Assembly: GCF_006345805.1 (NCBI RefSeq)
Contig: NC_043009.1
Location: forward strand, 30,442,001-30,506,000
Direction of reading: 5' to 3'
From: Octopus sinensis
Lineage: Eukaryota
DNA: 64,000 nt
Position numbers and translations under genes: made by a program. Positions 13,096 to 26,749 of this stretch are shown one piece after another. Below the pieces are notes generated by a model. It ran no database searches. It saw nothing but the letters and a program-made list of their open reading frames with translations, and was not told the DNA's origin. Each line of letters begins with the position of its first letter. The stretch's first letter is position 1.

Positions 13096-13713
13096 AAACA
13101 TACTCTGCTTCATGTTACATCAGTCTAGTCCATGAAGTTTTATTAAGCGAGCGACGTAGGTAACATAATCTATCTGTAGGGTAATTAGAGATTGCTTTCC
13201 AAAGGAGAGATATATATCTATTATATAAATTGGACATGGGCGATCATTGTATTCTTTCTTGGCTGAGTGGATTCGCATGAAAAATGGCACACAGGTGAAG
13301 AAGGGTGCATAGATTGTGCTGCCGTTTCTATTTTTCCTAGCCCCCATAGTTACCGAGAAAATAGATAAAAACTTTTTCTAATAGAATTCCCGTTTGTTCC
13401 GCCATTCAAAAAACCAGTTGCTCACATAGCCGGCTTATACCATTTCGCTAGCAACAATGGGAGTATAGGATGACAGTCAGCCAAAACTTTCGCTGTGCTG
13501 TCACCCTTCTTTTGCCTTTTTGTGGGGTTAATAATCTTAATCTTTAGTTACAGTTTCTCATTAAAACTACATAATAGGCAGAATTGTCGGAGGAAGATTT
13601 GGCTGCTATTTCTACCAGGTCTAGCAACCATGTAGAGGTCTGAAATTAATTTTCATTCACATATTTGCATTTCAAAAATTTAACATAATCTTTTCCATAA
13701 ATGAACTATCGTA

Positions 13714-13777
<64 letters not shown>

Positions 13778-16039
13778 CATGATGGGACGAGTGTGTAAAG
13801 ATCCTTGACGTAGTGCTGTGTATGATCACTTGTTTTGAGCAGAAAAAGTGGTTGAGATGGTAAAATCCTGGTCTAGATTCTCTCTTACATCGGCTTCACA
13901 CACACACACACGTGCGCTTGCGCGCAAACGCACTTATATCAGACAACGACCGCTATGGCCGCCTCGTTTTATTTAATAATCTAAAAGTGTGAGTCACCTA
14001 ATGTGGAAGATAATGAATCCAGATTCTATGAAGAAGCTACCCTCAACTAAGACGGTAGCATTTCACTTATTTACAATAATGAGTCGGAAAATGTACAATT
14101 AACAGAGATTATCCACATAATTAATAGACAAAATAATCGGTCTGTGTTTAGAATATGAAAACAAGTCCTTAGGGAGTTAACACCAATAAAATCAATTAAT
14201 TAGTAAAACATATAGAAAATAGGTTTGGGTGTGGATCTTGTCTTGAAGCCAACTTGTAAAACAACGGACATTATCCGTTCGCCCTAACATGTTTTTATTT
14301 AATATACAGAATACTTCCCTGATGTATTTCTCCTCAACCATATTCCTAATAAACAATTAGCCCCATTAAACAGTGCCATCATTAATAACATAGCCGTAAG
14401 CAACTGTATTATATATTGCGTGCAGAGGGAAGGTGCAGTTATTCCCTACTCGAGAATAACTAATTAAATTTATCCAGTTTGGTAGCTTATTGCTGCGAGA
14501 TCAAATTACACTGAGTCAGAAAATAATATTCATCGGTTTTATTTGTAGTTGCTGCTCAATAAAATAATTACCAATTGATTAAAATATACTTAGTTGCCTC
14601 CTCAGCTAGCAACACTGATTTTGGCTTCTGCCCGGTCAAACTATAGTGTATCTGACAGCAAGATAAAACACAAGTAGACAAGTGCATGTCTGCGGTAACA
14701 TTTATGATTCTTAATATAATTATTGAGCCTATATTTCCCCTACTGATTTCAACTGATTGTAAGGGCAGATTTAGCTGTCTATTTGAGAACTCTATAGAGA
14801 ATATTTTGCGATCTATCTCAATAAATGAGTTGTATCTGTGCCCTTCACTGCCCTGTGAGACCTTTGGGATCAAAGGCGGTAACGTAATTGCTGCCCGAAA
14901 ATGTTAGCAGGGAAGGATTTCAAGACGAGAGTAAAACGAGATTTTATCAGCAGAAATAGGAAGTTTTTAGAGAAAGGTTTGTGGATTTTGAGTTGAATAC
15001 GTCTGAGAAAATAATAAAGCAGATTTTACATATCATGAGCTGAAATGTATTGAAATTGTCACATTCTTAAGAAATTATATCAATATCATCCCAATCTTGT
15101 AGTTCAGAGAAAGGTTTATACTCTTAGCAAAGCCATAAGTTAGATGTCCCTAACTTGTGCGAATAACATTATTTCTTTATACACCTTCCTCATTTAATGT
15201 GTATTTTGCAGATTAGATACAACTACATATTCAATGATTTCAGTTTTAAGATGTATCTATTAAATTTGTTTAAACACATTCATTCGTCTAAATAGTCTAT
15301 CTTTTCAACTATCGTAAATGGGCAGTTTAGTTTTATAATTTCATCTTACAGATTAATACACAAACACATTCATATATATATATATATATATATATATTCA
15401 CACACTCATGTCCGTATATACGTATGTATGACATGTATGTGTGTTTGAATGCATATGTAAATATACGGTTTGATGCTATTCTAATGGAATGCCATTCCAA
15501 TATATCCAGTGGCATATAGAGCTAACTTATCGCATGGAATCGTTTATGTGCACAGACGCTAGAATCAGAATGGCATAGATAAAATAGTAACAAACAAGCC
15601 TTTCTTGTTTTGACACAAGGCCAGCAATTTTAATGATTGGGAAAGTGAATTACATTGATCCCAGTGCCTGGCAGTTATTTTATCAACCGAGAATGGATGA
15701 ACTGGATGGCATTGATTAGTACCAAAAAGGGCTGGTCCCTCCATCTTGAGTAAGCATTCAGTACTATAGTCAAGCGCCCTCAACTTTTCGACACTTTTCA
15801 AAACTACACCAGAGATCTTCGTGGTGTAAATATAATCAAAGGGCATTTGGACAAATTTCTATTTTAGGTGATACAAGAGCTCATAATCGCAGCAGGAAAC
15901 ACAAAGAAGAGCAGTTATCTCCTACTCGATATTTCACGAAAGAGAGAGGGGGCAGGAGGGGTGTGTGATTGAAATAAAAATCAAACAATAAATATTATGA
16001 CCTAGCATAGCTACAACTTTGACTGGAACAAGTACCTAT

Positions 16040-16059
16040 AAACTAAAAGTTATATGTAC

Positions 16060-16090
<31 letters not shown>

Positions 16091-16116
16091 TGTATGTATG
16101 TATGTATGTATGTATG

Positions 16117-16155
<39 letters not shown>

Positions 16156-16215
16156 ACATACATACATACATACATACATACATACATACATACATACATA
16201 CATACATACATACAT
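16040..16215. repeat. (TATG)n-(TATC)n-(TACA)n compound microsatellite
   Basis: Direct reading. Confidence 0.95.
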
Positions 16216-16719
16216 GCTACGTGTGACAGCAAAAGGGATAAGCTTCAATACCGTTGAAAATCGGGGATTATATTTATTGAATGATATAGGTATGGCGGTT
16301 TACATTCAGAACCTAAAGTTTCTGTTTCAGTGATCGTTGCATGTTTTCATTTGTTGGAAGTCTGGTGCGCTTGGCGATAACGATTACACTCATACACACT
16401 CACACACACACATACGCCTGCACACACATACATACTCACACACACACGCACAATGTATATATGTCTGTCTGTATATATATGGAAAGAGAGAGAGAGAGAG
16501 ACATATTCACATCCATTCCCTTGGAGCTGAAATTATGACTAAGTTGTTGGAGAGTATTTGATGTTTAGAACCATACAGTACCATTCTTCATCCCTTCTTC
16601 ACTTCATTCCTTTTCCAAAGCTTTAAGATGGTTTCCTCCATCATTAGCGAGTTGGCGCTTTTCTTTGGACTCATCGCTATCGTAGAAAGTACTTTCAATA
16701 GCGTCTTTACGAGTATTCC

Positions 16720-16776
<57 letters not shown>

Positions 16777-16974
16777 CAGTAGTAGTAGTAGTAGTAGTAG
16801 TAGTTGTTGTTGTTGTTGTTGTTCTCCTCCTTCTTCTTCTCTTAGTTTTTTTAGGCTTTTCTTTCTTTTACTTCAAACCACCACCATTCTCTTCATCATG
16901 ATCATAATCTTCGTCGCCGTCATCGTCATCGCTGGCGTTGCTGTCATTATTATTGTTGTAGTTGCTGTTGCTGC

Positions 16975-17050
<76 letters not shown>

Positions 17051-17053
<3 letters not shown>

Positions 17054-17566
17054 TAGTTTTATTTTTATAGCGTGCTTTCACTTCACTACCGAGCGCAGCT
17101 CTGTGTGCCTTGGGTATGTGCTGTGATTTGTTGTGATGCTCTGATGGTTATTGTATGGAAAGTGTTCTGCGTAGGATGTGTGCAGTGCCTAGTAGTGCAA
17201 TTTTTCTGTATGTTATATGTGTTTGTAAGTCCTGGTGTTTTTGTTATGTATTTGTCTGAATATTTTTTTATCATGCCTAATGCACCTACTATGATAGGAA
17301 TTGTTTCTGTTTTCAGATTCCACATCCTAGTTACCTCTATTTCCAGGTCTTTGTATTTTGAGAGTTTCTCCATTTCTTTTAGAGACACGTTGTCATCAGC
17401 CGGTATTGATACATCAATTAGAAAGCATTTTTTTTCTTCATGATCTCTGACAACTATATCTGGTCTGTTGGCCTTAATTTCTCTATCTGTGTGTATCGGC
17501 ATATCCCAGAGTATGGTTGCTTTCTCGTTTTCTGTGACCTTTTCTGGTGTGTGCCTATACCATCTT
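17051..17566 (-). mobile_element. R4/Dong-type non-LTR retrotransposon, 5'-truncated 3' end, copy 1
   Basis: ORF 17086-17502 with RPDIVVRD..CFLIDVSIP (PD-(D/E)xK-type REL endonuclease); flanked on both sides by (TAA)n. Confidence 0.9.
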
Positions 17567-17583
17567 TATTATTATTATTATTA

Positions 17584-17666
<83 letters not shown>

Positions 17667-17669
<3 letters not shown>

Positions 17670-18181
17670 TAGTTTTATTTTTTTAGCGTGCTTTCACTTC
17701 ACTACCGAGCGCACCTCTGTGTGCCTTGGGTATGTGCTGTGATTTGTTGTGATGCTCTGATGGTTATTGTATGGAAAGTGTTCTGCGTAGGATGTGTGCA
17801 GTGCCTAGTAGTGCAATTTTCTGTATGTTATGTGTGTTTGTAAGTCCTGGTGTTTTTGTTATGTATTTGTCTGAATATTTTTTTATCATGCCTAATGCAC
17901 CTATCATGATAGGAATTGTTTCTGTTTTCAGGTTCCACATTCTAGTTACCTCTATTTCCAGGTCTTTGTATTTTGAGAGTTTCTCCATTTCTTTTAGAGA
18001 CACGTTGTCATCTGCCGGTATTGATACATCAATTAGAAAGCATTTTTTTTCTTCATGATCTCTGACAACTATATCTGGTCTGTTGGCCTTAATTCTCTAT
18101 CTGTGTGTATCGGCATATCCCAGAGTATGGTTGCTTTCTCGTTTTCTGTGACCTTTTCTGGTGTGTGCCTATACCATCTTT
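17667..18181 (-). mobile_element. R4/Dong-type LINE 3' end, copy 2
   Basis: Near-identical to copy 1 with the same 5' truncation point; EKLSKYKDL...IQKIALLGTAHILRRTL. Confidence 0.9.
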
Positions 18182-18224
18182 ATTATTATTATTATTATCA
18201 TTATTATTATTATTATTATTATTA

Positions 18225-18264
<40 letters not shown>

Positions 18265-18267
<3 letters not shown>

Positions 18268-19671
18268 TAGTTTTATTTTTTAGCGTGCTTTCACTTCACT
18301 ACCGAGCGCAGCTCTGTGTGCCTTGGGTATGTGCTGTGATTTGTTGTGATGCTCTGATGGTTATTGTATGGAAAGTGTTCTGCGTAGGATGTGTGCAGTG
18401 CCTAGTAGTGCAATTTTCTGTATGTTATATGTGTTTGTAAGTCCTGGTGTTTTTGTTATGTATTTGTCTGAATATTTTTTTATCATGCCTAATGCACCTA
18501 TTATGATAGGAATTGTTTCTGTTTTCAGGTTCCACATTCTAGTTACCTCTATTTCCAGGTCTTTGTATTTTGAGAGTTTCTCCATTTCTTTTAGAGACAC
18601 GTTGTCATCTGCCGGTATTGATACATCAATTAGAAAGCATTTTTTTTCTTCATGATCTCTGACAACTATATCTGGTCTGTTGGCCTTAATTTCTCTATCT
18701 GTGTGTATCGGCATATCCCAGAGTATGGTTGCTTTCTCGTTTTCTGTGACCTTTTCTGGTGTGTGCTTATACCATCTTTTTTCTGTTATTATTCCATAAT
18801 GTTGGCATAGCTTCCAATGTATGTAGGTTCCAACTCTGTCATGTCTGTGAATATATTCCTTCTTAGCCAGGACTGGGCAGCTAGAGATAATATGATTTAT
18901 TGTTTCTTGTCCATCTCCACATATTCTGCAGTTACTTGTAATATTTCTTTTCATTACATGTTTTTGGTAATTTCTGGTGGGGAGGCTTTGGTCTTGTGCT
19001 GCAATTAAAAATCCCTCTGTTTCTGCTTTGAGTCCTGAGCTTCTCAACCATTGCTGGGATTTTTCTTTGTCTATTTCTTTTGCGTTTAGTTTAGTGCAGT
19101 ATTTACCATGAAGGGGTTTTTCTTGCCATCGTTTTATCATGGCTCGTTGCTGTTCTATTTTTAGTTTGGATTTCATTTGTTTTATAGCTTTTGTTGTTTC
19201 TTCATCATCTTCTTCTTCTTCTCTGTGTTTATTAGGTGGTATGATTTCTTGTTTTTATTTGTCAGCTTCCTTAAATACTGAGAACAGTTTTTTGTTTTTC
19301 TCGTGTTTTCCTGCTATCTGGATCAGTTTTCCTTCCTTCTGAAGTAGGTATTTTTGCAGTCCTATGGTGGTTATTTTATAGTAGTTTTCCAGCTGTATAA
19401 GGCCTCTACCACCTTCTATACGTTGTATATATAGTCTTTCTATGTCAGATTTTGGGTGATGCATCCTAGATCCTGTCAGTATTTTTCTTGTTTTCCTATC
19501 TATTTTGGACAGTTCATTTCGTGTCCAGTTAAGGATATTGTAACTGTAACTTATAACTGGGACAGTTAAAGTGTTGATACCTATTATCTTGTTTTTAGCA
19601 TTGAGCTCTGTTTTTAGTATTGATCTAACTCGTTATAATATTCTTTTTTTATTTTCTCTTTCATTTGTGTG

Positions 19672-19673
<2 letters not shown>
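18265..19673 (-). mobile_element. R4/Dong-type LINE, longer 5'-truncated copy 3 (RT thumb, CCHC knuckle, REL endonuclease)
   Basis: HPKSDIERLYIQRIEGGRGL, CRICGDGQETINHIISSC, RHD, RPDIVV..LIDVSIP; one in-frame TAA at 19255-19257 separates ORFs 19255-19464 and 18361-19176. Confidence 0.92.
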
Positions 19674-19731
<58 letters not shown>

Positions 19732-19743
19732 ATTAATATTATA

Positions 19744-19797
<54 letters not shown>

Positions 19798-19970
19798 GAG
19801 TAATTTTTTTTATCACGTGTTTTCTATGCACTACTGAGCGCAGCTCTGTGTGCCTCGGGTATGTGATGTGGTTTGTTCTGATGCTCTTATTTTTACTGTA
19901 TTAAAAGTGTTTTACGTAGGATGCGTGTGGTGTCTAGCAGTGCTGTTTTCTGTTTGTTGTATACACTTGT
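19798..19970 (-). mobile_element. Older, diverged R4/Dong 3' terminus, copy 4
   Basis: actactgagcgcagctctgtgtgcctcgggtatgtg...gtgttttacgtaggatgcgtgtggtgtctagcagtg is homologous to the 3' UTR and C-terminus of copies 1-3; (TAA)n flank. Confidence 0.8.
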
Positions 19971-19980
19971 TATTATTAAA

Positions 19981-20185
19981 GGTGGCGAGCTTGGCGGAAA
20001 CGTTAGCACACCGGGCGAAATGCTTAGCGGAATTTCGTCTGTCGCTACTTTCTGAACTCAAATTCCGCCGTGGTTGACTTTGCCTTTCATCCTTTCGGGG
20101 TTGATGAAATAAGTTCCACTTACGCACTGGGGCCGATGTAATCGACTGGTACACCACATAAAGAGCCTTGTGCCTATAGTAGAAA
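19981..20185 (+). mobile_element. SINE family A
   Basis: ggtggcgagcttggcggaaacgttagcacaccgggcgaaatgc...gactttgcctttcatcctttcgggg. Confidence 0.9.
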
Positions 20186-20209
20186 TTATTATTATTATTA
20201 TAATTATTA

Positions 20210-20313
<104 letters not shown>

Positions 20314-20719
20314 TGGGAGGTAGTGGTGGTGGTGGGGTTGGTGGTGTTATCATTATACTGATAATATTATCAATATCGATGATTCAGCCTCTGCTCTTTC
20401 AGTGCTAATTTTATCAATTGCAATAATGAATACTTAATATACAAAACAAAAAAATTCAGATGCATTGGTTAAAATTGAAACTATTTTTTCAATAGAATAA
20501 ATTATTTAGTTCTTATAAATTCATTAAACATGATGACTTTCTACAAAAAAGTAATTAATTAATATAAAATGAACTTAATATAAAGTTACTCTAGATAGAA
20601 CGATCTTAATCTATTTTCGTAATTAGTTTTCTATTTTTATTAATTGTGTGTTAATATATATTTTAATGTATTGGTTTTGAATGTACTTTTGTGTTTGTAT
20701 GTGCATATGTAAGAGAGCT

Positions 20720-21110
20720 TACGAAGATGCATGAGTGTATGTACATATATGTATATATATATGTGTGTATGTGAGTGTAGATTTATGTATGTATGTACAT
20801 ATATATACATACATACGGACTAAGTTATGTGTGTACATAAACGCATTTATATTTGCATATAAGTGTGTGTGTATATATATATATGTATGTATATGTATGT
20901 ATATATATGCATGTATGTATGTGTATGTATGTATGTATATGTATGTATGTATATGTATGTATATATATGCATGTATGTATGTGTATGTATGTATGTATAT
21001 GTATGTATGTATATGTATGTATGTGTATGTATATATGTGTGTATGCATGAATGTAAGCACATATAAGTAAGCATACGTGTATGTATATATAAAGATGTAT
21101 GTATATAAAC
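20720..21110. repeat. (TATG/TA)n-derived complex microsatellite
   Basis: Direct reading; repeated ~40-bp higher-order units. Confidence 0.85.
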
Positions 21111-22392
21111 ACGAATATATATATAATCAATGCATGCGTATACACACATATAAACACACACAGATACAAGATTGTTTACAAATGACAAAAAACAAAGTAG
21201 CAAACATATTGTACGTTTATAATTTGTTCTTCATATTTTCACAACATATGTTATATATCTGATCATTCAGATAAAATATGGTGTATACTAGCGTGTCTAT
21301 AACACATTATATAGACAGATTCTAATTAATATGTTTGAGTTACGTGGTCATATTTGTGAGCAAATCAAAATTATAGCTTTTCTGTTTGCTAAGATATAAG
21401 GAGAACTGCCTGCATAATACTAATAGTTATCAGGGACAACTAATTTGAGGCGCTCGTTATGTCTAAAAGTTATAGACTGTAGTGAATATTCTCTGGTGTT
21501 TCTGCTTCAGGATGACACCCAGGAAGAACTTCGCCTGATACCGGCAAAAAGAGTATATATATCTGACCTCCATCATGTTATACCTCTAACTGATTTAATA
21601 TGTGTAAGCTTTCATTTAGGCCAGTCTTTTAGTTTCGTTATCTCATGAGATTATGGAATAGATTTATAGACGATTACTCTCGATAAAATTCTCATTTATC
21701 TCATTCCTGTTGAATTGACAGTGAGCCTTGAAATAATACTGAGTTTTCACGTTCTTTAACATAAATGACTGGATCTGAAACATATTCTACCATATTATCC
21801 ATCTGAAAAATGAGAATATGCATATAGCATATGCTGCGAAAAATGGTAGGGAATCATGGATAGAGTGATATAGATGTGTGTAGGAATTTAAAGTAAATAT
21901 AAAAATGACGAAAGTTATTGATAGATAGGGGAATGTAAGAAGAGGACAGACGAAAAAAGAAAACGGAAACAGTTTCTAAAAAGAAGAAAAATCAGGTATC
22001 TCTGGAAATATATCGCTCAAGTGGGGTGAAGGGAATGTTTTCTAGCCCATCATTGTGTATTCTTGAAAGTGCTTGCACCTCTCTAATATCTCTGATCTAG
22101 TGTTTTGAAAATAGGGCTTCATTACAAAGATGTTTGTAGTCCGTTTGTTCTACCACTCTGCTCAATCGACTACGTTTCCTTCCAGTTTCTTAGATTCTGA
22201 CCTGATATTCCATGTGATATTATACTTTGAAGTATTTTATTTTACTTCCAATTCGTATTCAATTACTTGCGTACGATTCGCTTGATGGATGAGTTTAAAG
22301 AAGTGTCTATGATTATAACATAATTGTACAAATATGTCTCTGTAATTCGTGTTTTGGATTTTATCGAGATAATTCAGCGTCATAAACTATTC

Positions 22393-22575
22393 AGTTCTAT
22401 ATTTAAGAGATGAGGAATTATGTACATTATTTACATTTGATGGATATTTGTCCTCATCTTGTTTGTTGTTAACACAACGTTTCGGCTGATATACCCTCCA
22501 ACATTCATCAGTTGTCTTGGGGAGATTTCGAACCTGGGTTCTCATTCCTAAGGTAGTTTTCGTTGTTGTTGTTGT
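22393..22575 (-). mobile_element. HHR-bearing repeat H1 with complete 3' tail (ends TAGAACT)
   Basis: Minus strand gacaa CTGATGA atgttggagggtatatcagcc GAAA CGTT gtgtt (22471-22516). Confidence 0.85.
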
Positions 22576-22581
22576 TATTCA

Positions 22582-22654
22582 GGTCACTGCCTGGAATCGA
22601 ACTCGGAATCTTGGGGTTAGTAGCCCGCGCTCTTAACCACTACGCTATAGGCCC
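22582..22654 (-). ncRNA. tRNA-like Pol III head (A box TAGCGTAGTGG, B box GAGTTCGATTCC); not a functional tRNA
   Basis: GGGCCTATAGCGTAGTGGTTAAGAGCGCGGGCTACTAACCCCAAGATTCCGAGTTCGATTCCAGGCAGTGACC; acceptor and anticodon stems pair poorly. Confidence 0.75.
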
Positions 22655-22667
22655 ACGGCCGTATAAT

Positions 22668-22809
22668 AATAACATCGAAAAATACCTTAGGAATGAAAAC
22701 CCAAGTTCGAAATTTCTTCAAGACACCTGATGAAGGCTGGAGAGTATATCAGCCGAAGCGTTAACAACAAACAAGGTGAGGACAAATACCAGTCAAATGT
22801 AAATAATGT
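22668..22809 (+). mobile_element. HHR-bearing repeat H1, inverted truncated arm
   Basis: gacac CTGATGA aggctggagagtatatcagcc GAAG cgtt (22722-22762); GAAA is mutated and the 3' strand of helix I is lost. Confidence 0.85.
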
Positions 22810-23479
22810 TCAAAAAGTATTGTTTCTACACAAAATGTTTTCCCTATTGAAGTTGTTGCATGTGGCCAAGCTTTTAGTTTTGTTGATAACTGTATGCTCT
22901 TTTATACTTATTGTACAGATATATTCGGTTTTATTCTTGTGTTCGTTAAAATGATTCTACAGCGATGAATCCTAAATAGGTCTCAGAATCCAGTACTAAA
23001 TCGAAACCCCTGAAAATTTTCGGAAAATCCCGCAAGTTTTACAGATTTACAGCTACAAAAGTGGAGAAAGGGAGAAGTTGACCATCATAACCTTATACAG
23101 CATATACATGGGAAAAATATTTTCTTGACAGACACGAAGAGACGTAAAATAATGCGTATAGACACATGCGCATGCACACACATATAAAATATATTCTGTG
23201 CATGTATGTGAGACGGTTTAATGATGATTCCGGAGAGTCAAATATATAAAAAAGAAAGGATATAATTCTAGTGGTATACACATACACCCGCACACACCCA
23301 ACACACGCATACACCTGCAAACACTCAACGCACTCACGCACACACACACACACATTTAGCATGGTTCTTTTCTCCCACATAAAAATGAAAATTTATATTA
23401 ACATCGGGTTTGTTTTAGATATTCACTTTTATATTTTATGCACGTATCGATGCATTTCCGAGAGGGAACACGACTGACA

Positions 23480-23530
<51 letters not shown>

Positions 23531-23617
23531 TGTGTGCGGGTGCGTGAGTGCATGTTTTTATGGGTGGTGTTTTTGTACGTATGTCCATTTTGCCTATAAC
23601 TTTGTAACTGTGCATAA

Positions 23618-23676
<59 letters not shown>

Positions 23677-24985
23677 TGTATGTATGTATGTATGTATGTA
23701 TGTATGTATGTATGTATGTATGTATACATGAGAGAGAGGGGAGATAGCGGATAAGAGTTCTAAGCGTATCTGTACATGTACATATCTCTGTTGTATTCCT
23801 TCAAATTGTAACGTTTTACTTTACGAATGATTCCTAATAGAAAATCGTCCATCATTATTCATTTTCTCTTTGCTTCTGTTGCTTGAACTACAGATTTAAT
23901 TTCTAATAGATAGTTGTATGAATTCTCTAAAGATAGTTTCTCTATCTTTATATTGTCTACAATAACACTTTGCAGGTGTGAATCTTCTTATTTTCCCTTT
24001 ATATATTCTTCGTTTTATTGTATTTATTCATTAGTATTCTTGTGCCAAGAAACATCACACCTAATTCAATCATATTTATTAACAGAACTTTCTGCATTCT
24101 TATCAATTTTTCTCACTATTCTGTTTTCCTCTAAGCTTATATTGCTTAACCTGTGATTTCTTTCCTAGTACTTTATGGAAATATTGAAATTACGTAGCTA
24201 AGATCAATTATGGCGCAAGAACGATGCATGCAAATGCAGAAGACTAAGAATTATGTTTGAAAGAACGTGGACTTGTATAATGGACAATAAAAATTCACGC
24301 ACAAAATTGAAGCTAAAATATATGAAACATGTATAAAACATATGTGTGAGACATGTTTGAAACATATGTATATGTCCTGATAGCACCCTTCGATATTGTG
24401 ATGCCTGGTTCAGAAGTAACATTTTACGTATGTGCTTCGATTGCAGTAGTTTAAAGTAGAATGACTGTTTTCAATTATAGAATGTAGTGAAAGAAGATGC
24501 ATTGTTCATGCTTCTGGTCAGCCGATCTGGAAGATAACGTCACTCTGAATGTGACTTCTTTGAATCTAACCGTAAAGAAGTGATTAAAGAAAACGTTGAT
24601 TGAGGGAAGCAAGTAAGCTGCAAAAACTCTTAAATCCCGCTGTGTCCAATTGCTCACGCTCTTATTGTAAACTTTATGTCAAATACATGCTATGCCGCCT
24701 GTCTTAGAAAACAGGTGAATTCAACGAAATTGTATTGTGGGCGCCGCGATATACTCATGATGATAAAAGAATAAAATGTCATTTTATCTTAACAAATTTT
24801 TCATTTCACTGCAAGTTCTTATTATAATGAAAATCCAAGTTCTTATTGTAATGAAAATGGATCAAAAAGAACATCACGGATGTAATAAATCCTGTCACCT
24901 TCCGTCGGGAGACAATAAACTCAAATTCATTCGATCAAAATTATACTCAATGGAGAAGATCAATGCAAATAGGTAATCCAAATAG

Positions 24986-25220
24986 GGCGGCGAGCTGGCA
25001 GAATCGTTAGCACGCTGGGCGAAATGCGTAGCCGTATTTCGTCTGCCGTTACGTTCTGAGTTCAAATTCCACCGAGGTCGACTTTGCCTTTCATCATTTC
25101 GGGGTCGATTAAATAAGTCCCAGTTACACACTGAGGATAAATGTAATCGACTTAATCAGTTTGTCTGTCCTCGTTTGTCTTCTCTATGTTTACCCCCCTG
25201 TGGGCAATAAAGAATTAAAT
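24986..25220 (+). mobile_element. SINE family A, full monomer
   Basis: ggcggcgagctggcagaatcgttagc...aaagaat; flanked by a near-duplicated aaat(a/g)ggtaatcca. Confidence 0.92.
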
Positions 25221-26749
25221 GGGTAATCCACTAAAGGTTATTTAACTTAGTGATACGAGTTCAATATGAAACAAGCTTTATCTAACTTCTGTCTATTTCT
25301 TCTGGTGATATGAAATACATTTTGCCTTATTAATCTATATCACAGCATGCCTACTACCAAATGCACCCGCTTCTCCTTTCGATCTCCTTAGAATGATTTT
25401 TCACTTAGTTTAAAATCCAAATATGGAACATGTCATCCTTGTATCTTTCGAAAACTGGTGCGATTTGAAAATATTGACCCACTTTGTTAATTTTTCCGGC
25501 ACATGCAGCATTCAGTCCGACTGCGTGGGACTGAACGCAGTATCATGTAGCAGGGAAGCAAACTTCTTACCGCATAGCAACGCCTATATATCTAAATGTA
25601 TACACACACTTGTGTGTGTGTGTATATATATATATATGCATGCATGCATAGAAAGACATACACATACGAATATATGTGTGTGTGTGTGTGTGTGGAGAGA
25701 CAGATAGATAGAATGATACATGCATAGGCACACGTTTCCCCGTGTACATATATATACACTCACTTGACCGTTTACTTCTTTGAAACCAATAAAGTCTCGT
25801 CTAGATTTCAACATAGCTATCAAACTCAATTAATTTATTCTTCATTATTTCTTCCATAGAACACACACACACACACACGTATATGTATGTATGTACTTTA
25901 GTCCCTTCCACTTCAGTGAATATCACAAAGAATTCCTTTTTGTATTGTGTGAAGATTTGATGGATGAATGTATGAATTCGATGTGGGTGAAAAATATAGC
26001 CATGAAATGTAGCAAAAAATAGCACAAAACGCCTAAGACGTACTTGTGATGATCTATTTATGTCTAGATAATAGGTGATAAAAATTGAGTTATGTTCCTT
26101 GCTCGTATACACGAGATAATCCTGTGTGGTTGGACGTCTTTTCGTAGTTCATGGATCAATATCAGATTCTTTTACAGACTGACAATCGTCTCATACTTAG
26201 AAAACCAATTTATTTGGTTTTATATTGTGAAGGAAAACATTAAAGTTAATTCATTTGAACCGTACGTATAACTGGTATGCTTTGTATCAGTTTTATATTT
26301 TACTATTTATTATAAGTAAACAAAAATGAATGAGTCAAATAAATAAAAGTACCAAGATTTATTTTTACGATCCCATGTACACATTACACACAAAATTACT
26401 AGCGTACCTGGATATCCAAATTCAAAATTTTCTTCTGCTTGACGCAATGTTCTGCGCAACAGGACTTTTAGTTTTTCCTTCTCTTTTTTTTAGAAAAAAA
26501 AAACTTTAACGGCTTTGCTCATTTGAATATAATAAAAATTTTTAGAATTGCATGTAAAATATTTTGATACACCTTACAGATTTTTTAAAATGTTTCAGTT
26601 TTAATTGATCCTGAAAAATGTGAACACATTGTTTCATCTAAAAACAATATATATGTATATCTATATATGTATATATTTATTTGTATAGCTGTCTGTTTAT
26701 CTATCTATCTAGATATATTCATATATATATATATATATATATATATTCT

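Noticed and set aside
17072-17443. Plus-strand hydrophobic ORFs (also 17771-18058, 18368-18655)
   Set aside because: Antisense shadows of the R4/Dong endonuclease frame
17051-19970. CRISPR-like or regularly spaced array
   Set aside because: The repeats are LINE 3' ends separated by microsatellite, not short repeats with unique spacers
22582-22654. Functional tRNA-Ser(ACT)
   Set aside because: Acceptor and anticodon stems are unpaired, and eukaryotes use the GCT anticodon for these codons; treated as a SINE-type head
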